From: the human T2T-CHM13v2.0 reference genome, Homo sapiens
Assembly (NCBI GenBank): GCA_009914755.4
Contig: CP068257.2
Span: 23,584,001 to 23,648,000, forward strand
DNA length: 64,000 bases
Direction: 5' to 3'
A model generated the notes under the pieces. That model worked only from the letters and a program-made list of their open reading frames with translations, did not search any database and had not been told where the DNA came from. A program made the position numbers and the translations under genes. Of the stretch, positions 39,411 to 53,150 are shown in pieces. How positions within the stretch are numbered: the first letter of the stretch is position 1; every line of letters begins with the position of its first letter.

Positions 39411-40949
39411 CAACAATAATGTGGCTAAATTTTTTAAATAATTGTATTCATTAGGGCATTCATAAACTCTTACTCTAATTTTAAAAATCATCATTTTGAT
39501 TTTCTCTACCACCAAAATGAAAATGTATCGAATGCTTTATCATCAAAATTACATGTAAAAAGATATCAAGGGTTTAGGGTAATGTTAGAATATATTTCTA
39601 CACTAAGGTATTATTTAGGATTTTTTAAAAAATAGGTATTTTACAACTCAGAAGAAACTTAGAATTGGAAATATGTATGGAAATCTTTTTTCCTCAAAAA
39701 TGAGAAATGGGTTATAAAGAAAATGAATATAAATGCTAATTCAAATATGAAACTTTTGCTTTTGAAAATCTCCTTGAATGTTCTGTATTTAGGAAAGATG
39801 ATTTAATATTTCTTGAAATATGTCCTTTAAATAAACTAGTTTATAATGTTCTCACTCTTTATCATATCAAAGCAAAGTAAATCTCGATGCCCTCTAAGGT
39901 AATTATTTGCTTGATTAAATCCCAACTATGTGGAATAATTTCAATTTGGACAACATACATTGTCTTTCTATGATAACATATAATAGTCTAAAACACAAAG
40001 GCCATAGTTTATCCTGGCCAAACATTTAACTCCAAAGCTTTATGCATTTCTGAATTCTAAAATCTCCTTATATAACTAATATTACATTCATTTTATTGAA
40101 TTCCAAAAAAAAATCTAGTTATTGCCAAAATAGTGATTTCCAAATATAATTTATAACCAAGAAAATATGATCATGGAAAACTGAAAAGGATCAAATCATT
40201 TGATCTTCTAAACAGCTATGAGCTTTTAAGAAAAAACAAATGTATTATATCTAAAAACAAAAAGATAATCACATTTGAATTGGTTTCTGTATATTTCTGA
40301 TACAATTTAATATTTATAGCTTTTAAACTATAACAGCTCAGATATATTTATATAACACCATATTATGTGAAAGTAAATATTTCATAATAAAGTCTTTAAA
40401 TTGTCACCAGGAAATCATTTTAAAAAATGATATGCTGATTTCTAAACCAGTATTTTATCTGTAAATTGTTTTCAAAGTTGTTTATTATATTCTGGTTTTT
40501 AAAAATAGTTCACAGTATACTTAATAATGCTATTGTCAAACAACATATTACTTATCTTTAAAACATAAGCATAGCTTTTAAATTGTATTCCCATTTAATG
40601 AAATAAAGTGAACACCAGGTAGCCCTTATATCTGTAAAAATTACAATATCATATTTTTTTAGGTTTACAAAAAAAAAAAAAAAAAACACCTGATCCTTTC
40701 AGGATATCTGAGATTCACTGCAAAATAATCCAGTGGGGGAGGGGAATAATAGATGAAATAAGAGTGGCCATGAATGGATCATTAATGTCAGGTGTTGAAT
40801 ACATGGTCGGGGGGAGGGGGAAAGAGAAACAGGACTATACTATATTTAGTACCGTTTTGTATATGGTTGGCAGAAAAAGTTTTAAAACTGCATATAACTT
40901 ATACGCAATCTATGTTCATAAAACAATAACACAATAAAAATAAGGTATT

Positions 40950-43900
40950 CAGGCAATAAATAGCATGATGAATAGAATAGTATGTCACATCTCAATACTA
41001 ACATTGAATGTAAATGGCCTAAATGCTCCAATTAGAAGATATAGAATAACAGAATGGATAAGAACTCACCAACCAAGTATTTGCTGTCTTCAAGAGTCTA
41101 AATTGACACACAAGGACTCACATAAACTTAAGGTAAAGGTGGGGAAAAAGATATTACATGTGAATGGACACCAAAATCAAGCAGGAGTAGCTATCCTTAT
41201 ATCAGACAAAACAAACATTAAAGTAACAGCAGTTAAAAATGACAAAGAGGGACATTATATAATGACAAAAGGTCTTGTCCAACAGGAAAACATCACAATT
41301 GTAAATATTTATGCACCTAACACTGGAGCTCCCAAATTTTAAAACAATTACAAATAGACCTAAGAAATGATATAGGTAGCAATGCAATAATAGTGGGGGA
41401 CTGCAAACTTCACTGACAGCACTAGATGGGCCATCAAGACAGAAAGTCAACAACAACAAAAAAAATGGACTTAAACTATAGCCTAGAACAAATGTACTTA
41501 ACAGATATTTATAGAACATTCTACCAAACAACTGCAGAATATACATTCTATTCATCAGCACATGGAACATTCTCCAAGATAGAACATATGCTAGGCCACA
41601 AAACAAGTCTCAACAAATTTAAGAAAATCGAAATTACAGCAAGTTCTCTCTCAGACCTCAGTGGAGTAAAATTGGAAATGAACTCCATAAGAAACCCTCG
41701 AAACCATGCAAATATATGGAAATTAAACAACCTGCTCCTGAACAATCGTTGGGTCAACAATGAAATCAAGTTGGAAATTTTAAAATTCTTTGAACTGAAT
41801 AATAAATAATAGTGACACAACTTATCAAAACCTTTGGGATACAGCAAACCAATACTAAGAGGAAAGTTCATAGCATTAAATGCCTACATCAAAAAGTCTG
41901 AAAGAGCACAAATAGCCAATCTAAAGTCATGCCTCAAGGAACTAGAGAAACAGAAACAAACCAAACCCAAACTCAGCAGAAGAAAATAAATATCAAAATC
42001 AGAGCAGAACTAAATGAAATTGAAACAAAAAAACACAAAAGATAAATGGAACATAAAAATGTTTCTTTGAAAAGATAAACAAAATTGATAGATCATTAGT
42101 GAGATTAACCAAGAAAAGAAGAGAGAAGATCCAAACAAGCTCACTTAGAAATGAAACTGGAGATATAACAACCAATAACACAGAGATACAAAAGATCATT
42201 CAAGGCTACTGTGAACATCTTTACATGCGTAAACTAGAAAACCTAGAGGAGATGGAAAAATTCCTGGAAATATACAACCTTCCTAGGTTAAACCAGGAAG
42301 AAATAGAAACTTTGAACAGACCAATAACAAGCAGTGTGATTAAAATGACAATTAAAAAGATACCAACAACAAAAAAAAATTCAGCACCAGTGGGATTCAC
42401 AGCTGAATTCTACCAGACATTCAAAGAATAATTGGTACCAATCCTAGTGACACTATTCCACAAGATAAAGAGGGAATCCTCCCTAAATTATTTTATGAAG
42501 CCAGTATCATCCTAATACCAAAACCAGGGAAGGACATAACAAAAAAAGAAAACTACAGACTTATATCCTTGATGAACATAGATGGCCAAAATCCTCAACA
42601 GAATACTAGCTAACAGAATCCAACAGCATATCAAAAAAGATAATCCACCATGATGAAGTGGGTTTCATACCAGGGATGCAGGGATGGTTTTAAATATGCA
42701 AGTCAATAAATGTGATACACCACATAAATAGAACCAAAAACAAAAATCACATGATTATCTCAATAGACACAGAAAAAGCATTTGACAAAACCCAGCATCC
42801 CTTTATGATTAAAACCCTCAGCAAAACTGGCACAGAGGGGACATACTTTAAGGTAATAAAAGCCATCTTTGACAAATCAACAGCCAACATTATACTGAAC
42901 TGGGAAAAGTTGAAAGCATTGCTCCTGAGAACTGGAACAAGACAAGGATGCCCACTTTCATCGTTTCTATTCGATATAGTACTGGAAGTCCTAGCCAAAG
43001 CAATCAGACAAGAGAAAGAAACCATGGGCATTCAAATTGGTAATGAGGAAGTCATACTGTTGCTGTTTGCTGATGATATGATTGTATATGTAGAAAACCC
43101 TAGACTCCTTCAAAAAAAACCCCTAGAACTGGTAAATTGAATTCAGCAAAATTTCAGGATACAAAATTAATGTACACAAATAAGTAGCTCTGCTATACAC
43201 AAACAGCAACCAAGCTGAGAATCAAATCAAGAACTCAACCCCTTTTACAGTAGCTGCATAAAAAGAAAAAAAAAACCTTAGGAAAACTACAAAACACTGC
43301 TGAAAGAAATCATGGTAACACAAATTAATGCAAATACATCCCATGCTCATGAATGGGTAGAATCAATATTGTGAAAATAACCATACTGCCAAAAGCAATC
43401 TACAAATTAAATGCAATTCCCATCAATATATCATCATCATTCTTCACAGAACAAGAAAAAAAGAATCTTAAAATTCATATGCAACCAAAAAAAACCCACA
43501 TAGCCAAACCAAGACTAAGCAAAAGAACAAATCTGGAGGCAATACATTACCCCACTTCAAACTATACTGTAAGGCCATAGTCACCAAAACAGCATGATTC
43601 TGGTATAAAAATAGGTATATAGACCAATGGAACAGAATAGAGAAGCCAGAAAGAAAGCCAATTACTTATAGTCAACTGATCATTGAAAAAGAAAAAAAAA
43701 AAAAAAACATGAAGTGGAGAAAGGACACCCAGTTCAACAAATGGTGCTGGGATAATTGACAAGCCACAAGTAGAAGTATGAAACTGGATCCTCATCTCTC
43801 ACCCTGTACAAAAATGAACTCAAGATGGATCAAGGCCTTAAATCTAAGACCCAAAAACATAAAAATTCTAGACAATAACATTAGAAAAACCCTTCTAGAC

Positions 43901-45000
43901 ATTGGCTTAGGCAAAAACTTCATGACCAAGAACCCAAAAGCAAATGCAACAAAAACAAAGATAAATAGATGGGATTTAATTAAACTGAAATGTTTCTGCA
44001 CAGCAAAAGAAATAATCAGCAGGGTAAACAGACAACTCACTGAGCAGGAGAAAATCTTCACAATCTATATGTCTGACAAAAGACTAATATCCAGAATCTA
44101 CAAGGAACTCAAACAAATCAGCAAGAAAAAACAAACAATCCCATCGAAAAGTGGGCTAAGGACATGAATTGACAATTCTTAAAAGAAGATACACAAATGG
44201 ACAACAAACATATGAAAAAAATGCTCAACATCACTAATTATCAGGAAAATGCAAATCAAAACCACAATGCCATACCACCTCATTCCAGCAATAATGGCCA
44301 TAATCAATAAATCAAAAAATAATAGATGTTGGCATGGATGTGGTGAAAAGGAAACACTTCTACACTGTTGGCGGGAATGTAAACTAGTAAAACCACCATG
44401 AAAAACAATTTGCAGATTCCTTAAAGAACTAAAATTGGATCTACCATTTGATCCAACAGTCCCATTTCTGAGTATCTACCCAGAGAAAAAGAAGTCATTA
44501 TACGAAAAAGATACTTGCACACACGTTTATAGCAGCATAATTTGTAATTGCAAAAATATGGAACCAGCCCAAATGCTCATCAATCAATGAGTGGATAAAG
44601 AAAATGTGGTATACATACATACCATGGAATTCTACTCAGCCATAAAAAGGAATTTTAAAAAATGGCATTTGCAGCAACCTGGTTGGAATTGGAGACCATT
44701 ATTCTAAGTGAAGGAACTCAGGAGTGGAAAACCAAACATCGTATGTTGTTACTCGTAAGTGGGAGATAAGCTATGAGGATGCAACAGGATTAGAATGATA
44801 TGATGGACTCTGGGGACTTGGGGGAATGGGTGGAATGAGGGTGAGGGATAAAAGACTACACACTGGGTATAGTGTACACTGCTTGAGTGATGGGTGCGCC
44901 AAAATCTCAGAAACCACCACTATAGGAATTATTCATGTAACCTAACACCACCTGTTCCTCAAAAACCTATTGGCATAAAAATCAAATTAAAAAGAAACTT
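40950..45000 (+). mobile_element. 5'-truncated L1 (L1PB-like) starting at the ORF2 initiation codon; ORF2 largely recognisable but interrupted; 3' UTR
   Basis: ORF 40965-41342 translates to MMNRIVCHISILTLNVNGLNAPIRRYRITEWIRTHQPSICCLQESKLTHKDSHKLKVKVGKKILHVNGHQNQAGVAILISDKTNIKVT…HYIMTKG…ITIVNIYAPNTGAPKF, the L1 ORF2p endonuclease N-terminus. ORF 42712-43140 translates to …[13 protein letters not shown]…[29 protein letters not shown]…[15 protein letters not shown], the reverse-transcriptase domain with its FADD box. 3' UTR: …gggtatagtgtacactgcttgagtgatgggtgcgccaaaatctcagaaaccaccactataggaattattcatgtaacctaacaccacctgttcctcaaaaacctattggcataaaaatcaaattaaaaag, which is L1PB-like. Confidence 0.9.
40965..44790 (+). 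pseudogene. L1 ORF2 (endonuclease + reverse transcriptase) remnant; about 7 open segments of 75-142 aa separated by frameshifts and stops
   Basis: ORF-track entries 40965-41342, 41426-41809, 42099-42431, 42712-43140, 43353-43580 and 43778-44167 are consecutive pieces of a single L1 ORF2p in different frames. Confidence 0.85.
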
Positions 45001-45004
45001 TAAA

Positions 45005-45330
45005 AAGTTTTATTGAGGCATAATTGACAACAAACTATAGATACTTAAAATGTAAAATTTGAGAAGACTGGGCATATGCAAACACCCATGAAACCATCAA
45101 CACAAACTTGAGTATATCCTTTATCCCCTCAAATTTTCTCTTGCTTCTCTATAATCGTTTCCTCTTCCCATTACTTGCTCCCTTCCTTGAGCAAACACTG
45201 ATCCCTACATGGTGTAATATTTTGACCCATGATACCAATATCATGTATTTAGACCCGAAACATGGAAGTATCACAAAAATGTGATTTTTTTCTTTAAACA
45301 AAATGTACAGTTGTTTCACTGAATGTAAAT
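45005..45330 (-). mobile_element. Short antisense fragment of an older L1 3' region, directly following the L1PB element
   Basis: ttttattgaggcataattgacaacaaactatagatacttaaaatgtaaaatttgagaagactgggcatatgcaaacacccatgaaaccatcaacacaaac… resembles the frequently seen reverse-complement L1M 3'-UTR motif ttattgaggtataattgacatacaataaactgcacatatttaaagtgtacaatttgatgagttttgacatatgtatacacccatgaaaccatcaccacaatc. Confidence 0.5.
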
Positions 45331-45386
45331 TCCCTCTTCTAATTTTTTAACATAAAAGTGAACCCACGTCTACATTATGAAGTGAG

Positions 45387-45403
45387 GTGTGTGTGTGTGT
45401 GTG
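45387..45403. repeat. (GT)~9 microsatellite
   Basis: aggtgtgtgtgtgtgtgtgtgcaag. Confidence 0.85.
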
Positions 45404-46289
45404 CAAGATTACTCACATTATAACAAATTGTAAGGGTTCCCTTTTCTAATACATAACAATTCATAATTACTGTGTGGTTTTAGGGCTTAAGTAACATGTT
45501 CGCAGTCCAGGCAGTAATTCAGTTTGTTAGCCTGGCAATTTGAGATAACTTCACCTGCCAACAGAACCCTAGATGTCATTCATTCTGTCACTACATTAGT
45601 ATTGTCAGTACCATGACATCATGGCATTGCTTTTTCCAATCTACTTTCCAAAAGTAGAAAGTGATTCTTTCTACTTTTTCTTATTTCTTGCAAGAAACTG
45701 CAATAGTTTTACCTGCTTGTGAAAAAAATATATTCTTTAGTTTTTGATGCAATCATGATGAAAAAAAGATAATGTATACATTTTAGGTTGAAATTGTGCT
45801 TCTAAATTCCTACAGAAAAATTAGATAAGCCTAGCAATAATTTTAACAAGGATTATATACAAAACATAGGACATTTACAGTGTTTTTCATCTATTTAAAC
45901 AAACTCTTTGACCAAAAATACTGTAATTTCATATTCCTATTTTGTTTTACATTATGCTTTTACATCTGTATTTTTGCTAAATATAATCAAATATTGTTCT
46001 CCAATAACTCTATATGTTATGTTATTTCAATATGGAAAGTACTGAATCAGTACCTCCAGAACTGAAGCTCCTTCACCAATACATCAAAAGGTGTCAATAA
46101 GTGTTTGCTTTCTTTCTTCCTATTATCAATCAATATTCCTTTTACCAATGTGCCTGAAGTCACACTTGTAAATAAATGTTCTCTCATTCTTTCCTACTTT
46201 CACCTTCTAGGTTTTTTATTAATATAATTTTAACTAAGGATCTCTTAATAAATAAATAAAAGAGAGTTTAAAAGCATGAGCTTTGACAT

Positions 46290-47305
46290 AAACTTGGTAG
46301 AAAATATTTGTAAGCCACGTATCTGACAAGGGCTTAAAATTCAATATATGAGAAACTGACATGACTCAATAACAAAAAGGTAAATAACCCTATTAAAAAA
46401 CAGGTAAAGGACCTAAAAAGACATTTTTACAAAGAAGACATTTAAAATATGGCCCACAAGTGTATGAAAAGGTGATCGACATCACTAATCATCAGAGAAA
46501 TACAAATCAAAATCACAATAAGGTGTCACTTCACACTGTCAGGGAGGCTATTGTCAAAAAGCCAAAAGATAACAAGTATTGGCAATGGCATGGAGAAAAG
46601 GTACACCTTGTACACTGTTGTTGGGGATTTAAGTTACTATAACCATTTTTTTTAAGTATGAACATTCATCCAAAATTTAAAAATAGAAATACCACATGAT
46701 TGAGCAGTCTCACTTCTGGGTTGACTGCCAAAGAAAATAAAATCATTATCTCAAAGAAATGTATGAACTCCAATGTTCTTTTGCAGTATTATTTATAATA
46801 GCCAAGATATGGAAACTACATAAAAATTTGTCAACATATAAATGAATAATGAAATGTTGCACATATACATGTCTTACGTATAATGAAATATTATTAAGTC
46901 TTTAGAAAAAAGTAAATCCTACCATTTGCAATAATTTGCAAGTCAAATTTATAGTAATAGAGAGTAGGAAGGAGGTTACAGGACAGAAGAAAGAAAAGGG
47001 TAGATATTGATCAAAGTGCATGAAGATAGATAAGATAGATAAGTACTACAGACCTAATGTAAAGCATGGTGTCTATAGTTAGTAATAATGTATTACATAC
47101 TTGAAATTTACCAAGGGAATAGATCTCAAGTGATCTCACCACAAAAAATAAAATGGTAACTGTGAGATGATGAATGTATTAATTAGCTTGATTGTGGTAA
47201 TCATTTCACAATTAGTATGTATATCAAAACATCACATTTTATACCCTTAAATACATATAATTTTTGTTTGTCAATCATACATCAATAAAGCTGGGAAAAA
47301 AACTT
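46290..47305 (+). mobile_element. L1 3' end (older L1M/L1MA-class): ORF2 terminus plus 3' UTR
   Basis: …cgtatctgacaagggcttaaaattcaatatatgagaaactgac…gtcatcagagaaatacaaatcaaaatcacaataaggtgtcacttcacact…ggtacaccttgtacactgttgttggggatttaagttactataaccatt…gagagtaggaaggaggttacagg…ccaagggaatagatctcaagtgatctcaccacaaaaaataaaatggtaactgtgagatgatgaatgtattaattagcttgattgtggtaatcatttcacaattagtatgtatatcaaaacatcacattttatacccttaaatacatataatttttgtttgtcaatcatacatcaataaagctgggaaaaaaa. Confidence 0.85.
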
Positions 47306-50300
47306 GAGTTCAGATTTCAGTTCCACCCCTTACTGGCTTTACAACTTTGGCCAAATGCTTTTTTAATACTGTTTTTAAACTTTCTGCGCCTTAATTTTCT
47401 CTTTTGTAAAATATATATCTTTAGGCATAGAGTAGCTATGACATTTAAGTGAGATAATGTATATGAAACTGTAAGCAGTGCCTGCCACATAGAAAATGAT
47501 CAGTAAATTTCTCTAGTCATGACTACAGGTATAATTACTGGTTATGAATTCGATAAAGACAAGAACAAGATTTATATTCAGATGTGATAATGCTCTTATC
47601 CAAGCTAGAGAAAAAATACAAGCAATATTATATTTTACATTTTCCAATTTGAACATTTAAAATGTTACAGCAAAAGAACTAAAAATAGAAACCTTCACGT
47701 GTGAATTTTTTTAAAAAGTTTTAAAGGAGGTCAGCAAGTATTTGACTGAATGGGCTAATACAAGAGACCATATGAATAAATTTTTGAGTCAAGGACCGTG
47801 TTTGAGCATGCTCCTGAAAAAAAAATGCAGGTGCAATACAGTCTGCTATGCTGTCTCTCACCTGCTGTGAATGGATCATAATGAGTGGGCACATAAAGGT
47901 ATCAGATAATTATAAGTCTTCAGGATCTAACTTCTTATTCATCTCTGGCAGATGTGTTATCTGAAAGTATAATTTTTATGCCACCTGCAGTGCAGCAGCT
48001 GAATATTTCTGGCTTTAGAAGTAGGAAGCTTACAATTCACACTGTACTGTGCCTGCCCCCCTGGGGTTATAGTGAATTGAACTATAACAGTCCCATGTCA
48101 AGAATAAAATATTGTGCAGTGAATTCTTTAGTTTTCTACTTTAAGTTAGGTGGCTGCACTAACTTTAAACATGTTGCCTCATATTCAAAGGAGGATATTT
48201 TGTAGAAGAAGGACACTTTAGTTCATACCGAATAAGTATATAAATATTATGGAAATATGAACACTATATTTGCTTTTCATTATTTTTGCTAATACAAAAT
48301 TATTTGAATTCCAGTTCTCAAAAGGCTTTTCAATTAATGTATCTAAGATTAAAAATCGAATCTAGTTGAGAGCCAGTAAAACAAGTCATCAAAATGTACA
48401 TTCTAGTTATCCAGATATCTGAGTTCTTAAAGACTCTGAAGGTTCTTAAAAAACTAAACTTCAAAATTTCAAGAAAAACCTTTAAAATGTTTTCCTTAAA
48501 CAAATGTTTTTTAAAAAAAATCCCTACAGCAATGATGTATTCACATATAAATGCTAGTCTATATGAAAGTCTCTTATTTTATAAAACCAGCATAGAAAAT
48601 GATTTTGTAAATGTGCTTTGAAATCTCAACTTTTTATTTTTCCCAATAATCTTATAAAAACATAACAAAGTACCTATAAATCAATGGGGAAACTGCATGT
48701 TAATTTAATAAGTAAGATAAATATTGAATCCTTTGTTGTCTTATTTTATCAGATATTTTTTACTTCAAAGGTCAGCAATTCAACATTTATTCCAGCAGAT
48801 GCGATCAGTAATGTAAGCCTTCAAAAGAGAAAACAATCAAAAAAGGTATTTTCATTATATTCCCGCATTTATATTTGAAGAGGAGTGTGTATTTACAATG
48901 CTGTAAAACTGGTGATATTCCTCAACGTTTCTCTGTATGTGAATACATCAAAAAAGAACCTAGAATTACCAGTCTCCCTCATTTTCAGAGCTATTTTCAG
49001 TTTTATTTCTATTTAAAAGACTTTTGTTGGTGCTGAATCTAATTTTATTAAGAGAACTCAGAATTCCTTACTTTCTAATAAAAGATTACATGCAATATAA
49101 AAAGAAACAAAATCATGTAAGATTTTCCCAAATTTTGGAGAACTGAGAAGAGAGAAACTCAGAGTAAAACTACATTATCTATTGTCTAATTATGCTTATG
49201 AGAGCTTAAATATTTGCAAAAAGCAAGTTTCTAAACATATCACAGAGTCAAAGAGAGTTAAAAACCATCTTCATTACAAAAATGGCAAAACAGTCAGGCT
49301 CATGTAGATGGTTGTTGTACCACGGAACTCTTATTTAATCTGTTTCATGATAGTCAGTTCCCATATGGTTCCTTAAAACTGATCATACTTGCTTATGCTT
49401 ATTTATCAAAACTCAAAACCTAAATAGATGAAAAATATGCTTATAGGACATTGGTGATGCCCACAAGTTTGAGTTGCCTCCCAACAGTCCAGAAACCTAA
49501 TTTAGAAACTTCTCATACATAAAACTACCCTTTGGTCAATGTGATTCAAAGATTCAATGTTTTTTACTTCAGTAGCCCACATTTAACAAAAAATTTTAGA
49601 CACCTTTTTCATAAAAGGTTTATTCTTTGCTACCTAAAAGTTCTTTTAATTGTACTCCTGCATTAAAACAGCATCTCATGTAAGAATAAGACAGCTGACG
49701 TTTTTTAAAATTTCACAGCAAATAATCGTATATTCTTTTTCCTTTAGTTTATTAACCATTTTCTATCTGTTATTTCACACTGATTAAAACAGAGCTAAAG
49801 ATACCAAAAAATTTAATTTAAAAAAAACTGTGTGGATGTGAAAGTAGCAAATGTTTATGCATAGGCTAGAGACAAAGTAGTATGTCTCCTCCCTGCAGTA
49901 AAACTCCACTCTCTGAACAATGGGTCTAGAAACTGTGTATTTGTGTACCCACACCTAAGCTACTGTTCAAAAAGGGTCTGTTTTTACTTATGTATGTAGC
50001 TAAACTTTCACAGCATTCTGAGCAGAGGGGCAGAGAGAGCCTGGAATTTTATATTACATTTAAGCCTAGAGATAGTAATAACCATTATTAAGTATATTTA
50101 ATTATTGAACAACGTGAGGGTTAGGAGAATCAACCATCCAACACACTTGAAAATGCATGTAAAACTTTTGACTTCTCAAAAACTTAACTAATAGCCTACT
50201 GTTGACTGGAAGGAAGCCTTGCCACCAAATTAACATATGTTTTATATGTAATATATATTATACACTGTATTCTCACAATAAAGTAAGCTAGAGAAAAGAA

Positions 50301-52394
50301 AATGTTATTAAGAAAATCATAAGAAAGAAAAGATACGTTTACAGTGCCATACTGTGTTTATCAATACCGTAAATTTACACCATCTTTTTGTAAGATCAAT
50401 CATCTGTCTGAAATAGTAGACAACCACAGCTGCAGACCTCAAACTAAAGTACGTATAAAATAATTCAACTTTTTCTTGTAATGTCATGACTTTTCTCTGT
50501 TTGGGGGAGCACTTCTAGCATCACTGGTAGCACTTCATATGAGTCCCATGGCGTTTTTCAGCGTTTATGATATTGCACTAAACACAATGGGAAATACATG
50601 AGAGCTTCCAGAAATCCCTTTTTTCTATAATAGGCAATTTACTGGAGAGGCAAACTGCTCACTTGGAGATGATTAGCCTCGCCTTGGATATTTGCAACAC
50701 TGAGCTCACCACAATAGCAACAAAGGTGGCTATCAAATTATTATACTAGTACAGAATGTACTACAGAAAATTGTATGAAATTATGATTTAATATGGCATC
50801 TTTATATTTATTTACATATTCTCCTTTATGAAAGACAGCATGTATATTCTCTAAGTATTTGTGTGCATACGTTTTGATAAATTTTAACTTTTTATAATAG
50901 GTTTGTGTATATCTTATGGTAGTAAGTGATAAAATAGACTAGTACCTACGTCTATTTTATGCATTCATGACATATACTTTTCTTAATTTGGTGATATTTC
51001 TATGCTATGCAGTTTGCAAGTTTTTTCAAATCTTTGTTAATCTAAAAAAAAATACAATCTATGTATTTACTGAAAAAAATCTACATATAAGTGGGTCTAT
51101 GCAGTTCATATTCATGTTGCTCGAGGATCAAGTGTATTTACCACCAAGAACATAAGGGAAGTCATATTCATACCTACCCATGAATACATTAGCTGTGCAC
51201 AAAGTTAAAAGGAGATGTGCTCCAGTTGTGGGAGTTCACAGAAGTAAGATTCTGGGAAGAGTCCATAAAAAGCACCAAGGTTAATTTTACATGCCAACGG
51301 GCCATAAGCTTCCTAGACATCCACTTAAATTCTGTTCTGGGTGTGTCTGTGAAGGTATTTTGGGATGAGATTAGCATACAGCATATGAACGAATCAGGAG
51401 ACTAAATATTTAAAACACATAGCCCTCCCCACCATGATTGTGCCTCAACCCATCTTTTGAAGACCAAAATAGAACAAAAAGCCAGAGAAGGAGAAAATTT
51501 GCTCTATCGACCTGACTGTCTTCAAGCTGGGACATCAGTCTTCTTCTGCTTTCCAACTCAGATGGAAATTTACACCATCAGCTCGACTGGTTCTTAGGAC
51601 TCAGACTGGAGCTCTACTGTCAGCTCTCCTAGGTAAGGAGACCCAGATCCCTCTCCCGTAACACACCCCACGACATGTGCAGATTTCAACTGCTGCTCAT
51701 TGTGCTACCCTACGGGAATTGGGGTTCAGGGAGCTGGTGCAATTGCCGATACTCTGGCCATTGCCATTCCTGTGAATGAAGAGTCCCTTGCCTGACCCAG
51801 GAGTCTCGTCTCTCATGTCCACATCCATTAAGCCGTAGTTGACTAATTGTTAGCTTGACTGTAAGGTAAAATCTCAGGGCCTTCCCAGTTCTTCACAGGT
51901 ACTAACTAGTTACTTCTTTCTGTAATTCTCTATTACATTAGTTAGCATGGGCTAGATTAAGCTGTAGTACCAAAGAATATTTTAATGCAGCATCTCATCC
52001 AGCCAAATTCTGCAGTGGTTCTAGGTGAATCTCCAGAGCATCTGTCCTCCACATGTAGACTCTGCCTCTGGCTGCTTCATTCTGATGTTTTCTCCTTATA
52101 AACTGTTGCTGCCAATTTATGAGAAATAGCTGGCTGGGAAGTTGAGCTTCGAAAACCAAATGCTTTCCCCCATGAGCGTCATATGTCACTCCCTCTCATG
52201 GTCATTGGTCAAAGGAAGTTACCCAGGCACACCTAGTATTAAGGAGTATGCGAGTGCCATCTCCCCATGTGCCTGAAGGTAGAGGAATGAGATTAACATA
52301 TGAATATTTCATATTCAATGGAGAAGAATATTTATAAATAGTAAAAATGGTTACTAGGACTCTTACATTATTTTTTATTTTACAATTTTAAGCT

Positions 52395-53150
52395 CTTTAA
52401 ATTTATTTTAATCAATTTTTAGGGTTTCTTGCTTTATTAAGATATGACTGATAAATACAAATTGTATATATTTCACATGTACAATGTGCTGTTTTGATAT
52501 ATATATACATTGTGAAATGATTACCATAATAAAGCTAATTAACGTATCCACCATCACCTCATGTAGTTACAACAGTGTGTGTGATGAGAACACTTAAGAT
52601 CTATTCTTTTAGTAAATTTCAAGTCTATAATACAGTATTATTAACTGTAGTCATTATGTTATACATTAGATCTCCATAATGTATTTATCCTGCATATCTG
52701 AAACTCTGTTCCCTTTGGTCAACATCTCATCATTTCTCCCACCATCACCCACCAAGTTCCTGGCAACCAACATTCTATCCTCTGCTTCTATGAGTTTGAC
52801 TTTTTTAGATTCTAAATAAAAGCTAGATGGTGCAATATTTGTCTTTTTGTGCCTGCTTTATTTCACTTAGCATGATGTCCTCCAGGTTCAACCATGTTGC
52901 CAGAAAATACAGGATTTCTCTCTTTCTTGAGGTGGAACAATATTCTATTGTGTGAATGCATCACATTTTCTTTATTCATTCACTCATCAATGGACACTTA
53001 GGTTGTTTCCATGTCTTGGGTATTGTGAATAATGCTGCAGTGAACACAGCAGTGTAGATATCTATCTGAGATACTGATTTCAAAAAGTTAAAAGTAGAAC
53101 AATTTTTATCATCCAGCAATTTCACTGCTGGGTATATATTCAGTGGAAAA
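52395..53150 (-). mobile_element. Antisense L1 3' end (L1M/L1MA-class ORF2 terminus and 3' UTR, poly(A) read as T-rich run near 52370-52395)
   Basis: …tacattgtgaaatgattaccataataaagctaattaacgtatccaccatcacctcatgtagttacaac…gagaacacttaagatctattcttttagtaaatttcaagtctataatacagtattattaactgtagtcattatgttatacattagatctccataatgtatttatcctgcatatctgaaactctgttccctttggtcaacatctcatcatttctcccaccatcacccaccaagttcctggcaaccaacattctatcctctgcttctatgagtttgacttttttagattc…tttatttcacttagcatgatgtcctccaggttcaaccatgttgccagaaaatacaggatttctc…cactcatcaatggacacttaggttgtttccatgtcttgggtattgtgaataatgctgcagtgaacac…tgctgggtatatattcagtggaaa is the reverse complement of the mammalian L1 3' region. Confidence 0.85.

Noticed and set aside
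40965-44167. Cluster of 75-142 aa ORFs that could be mistaken for an operon of small genes (including one with an RT-like FADD motif)
   Set aside because: All are consecutive, frame-shifted pieces of one L1 ORF2 pseudogene. L1 reverse transcriptase is not a prokaryotic retron or DGR RT.
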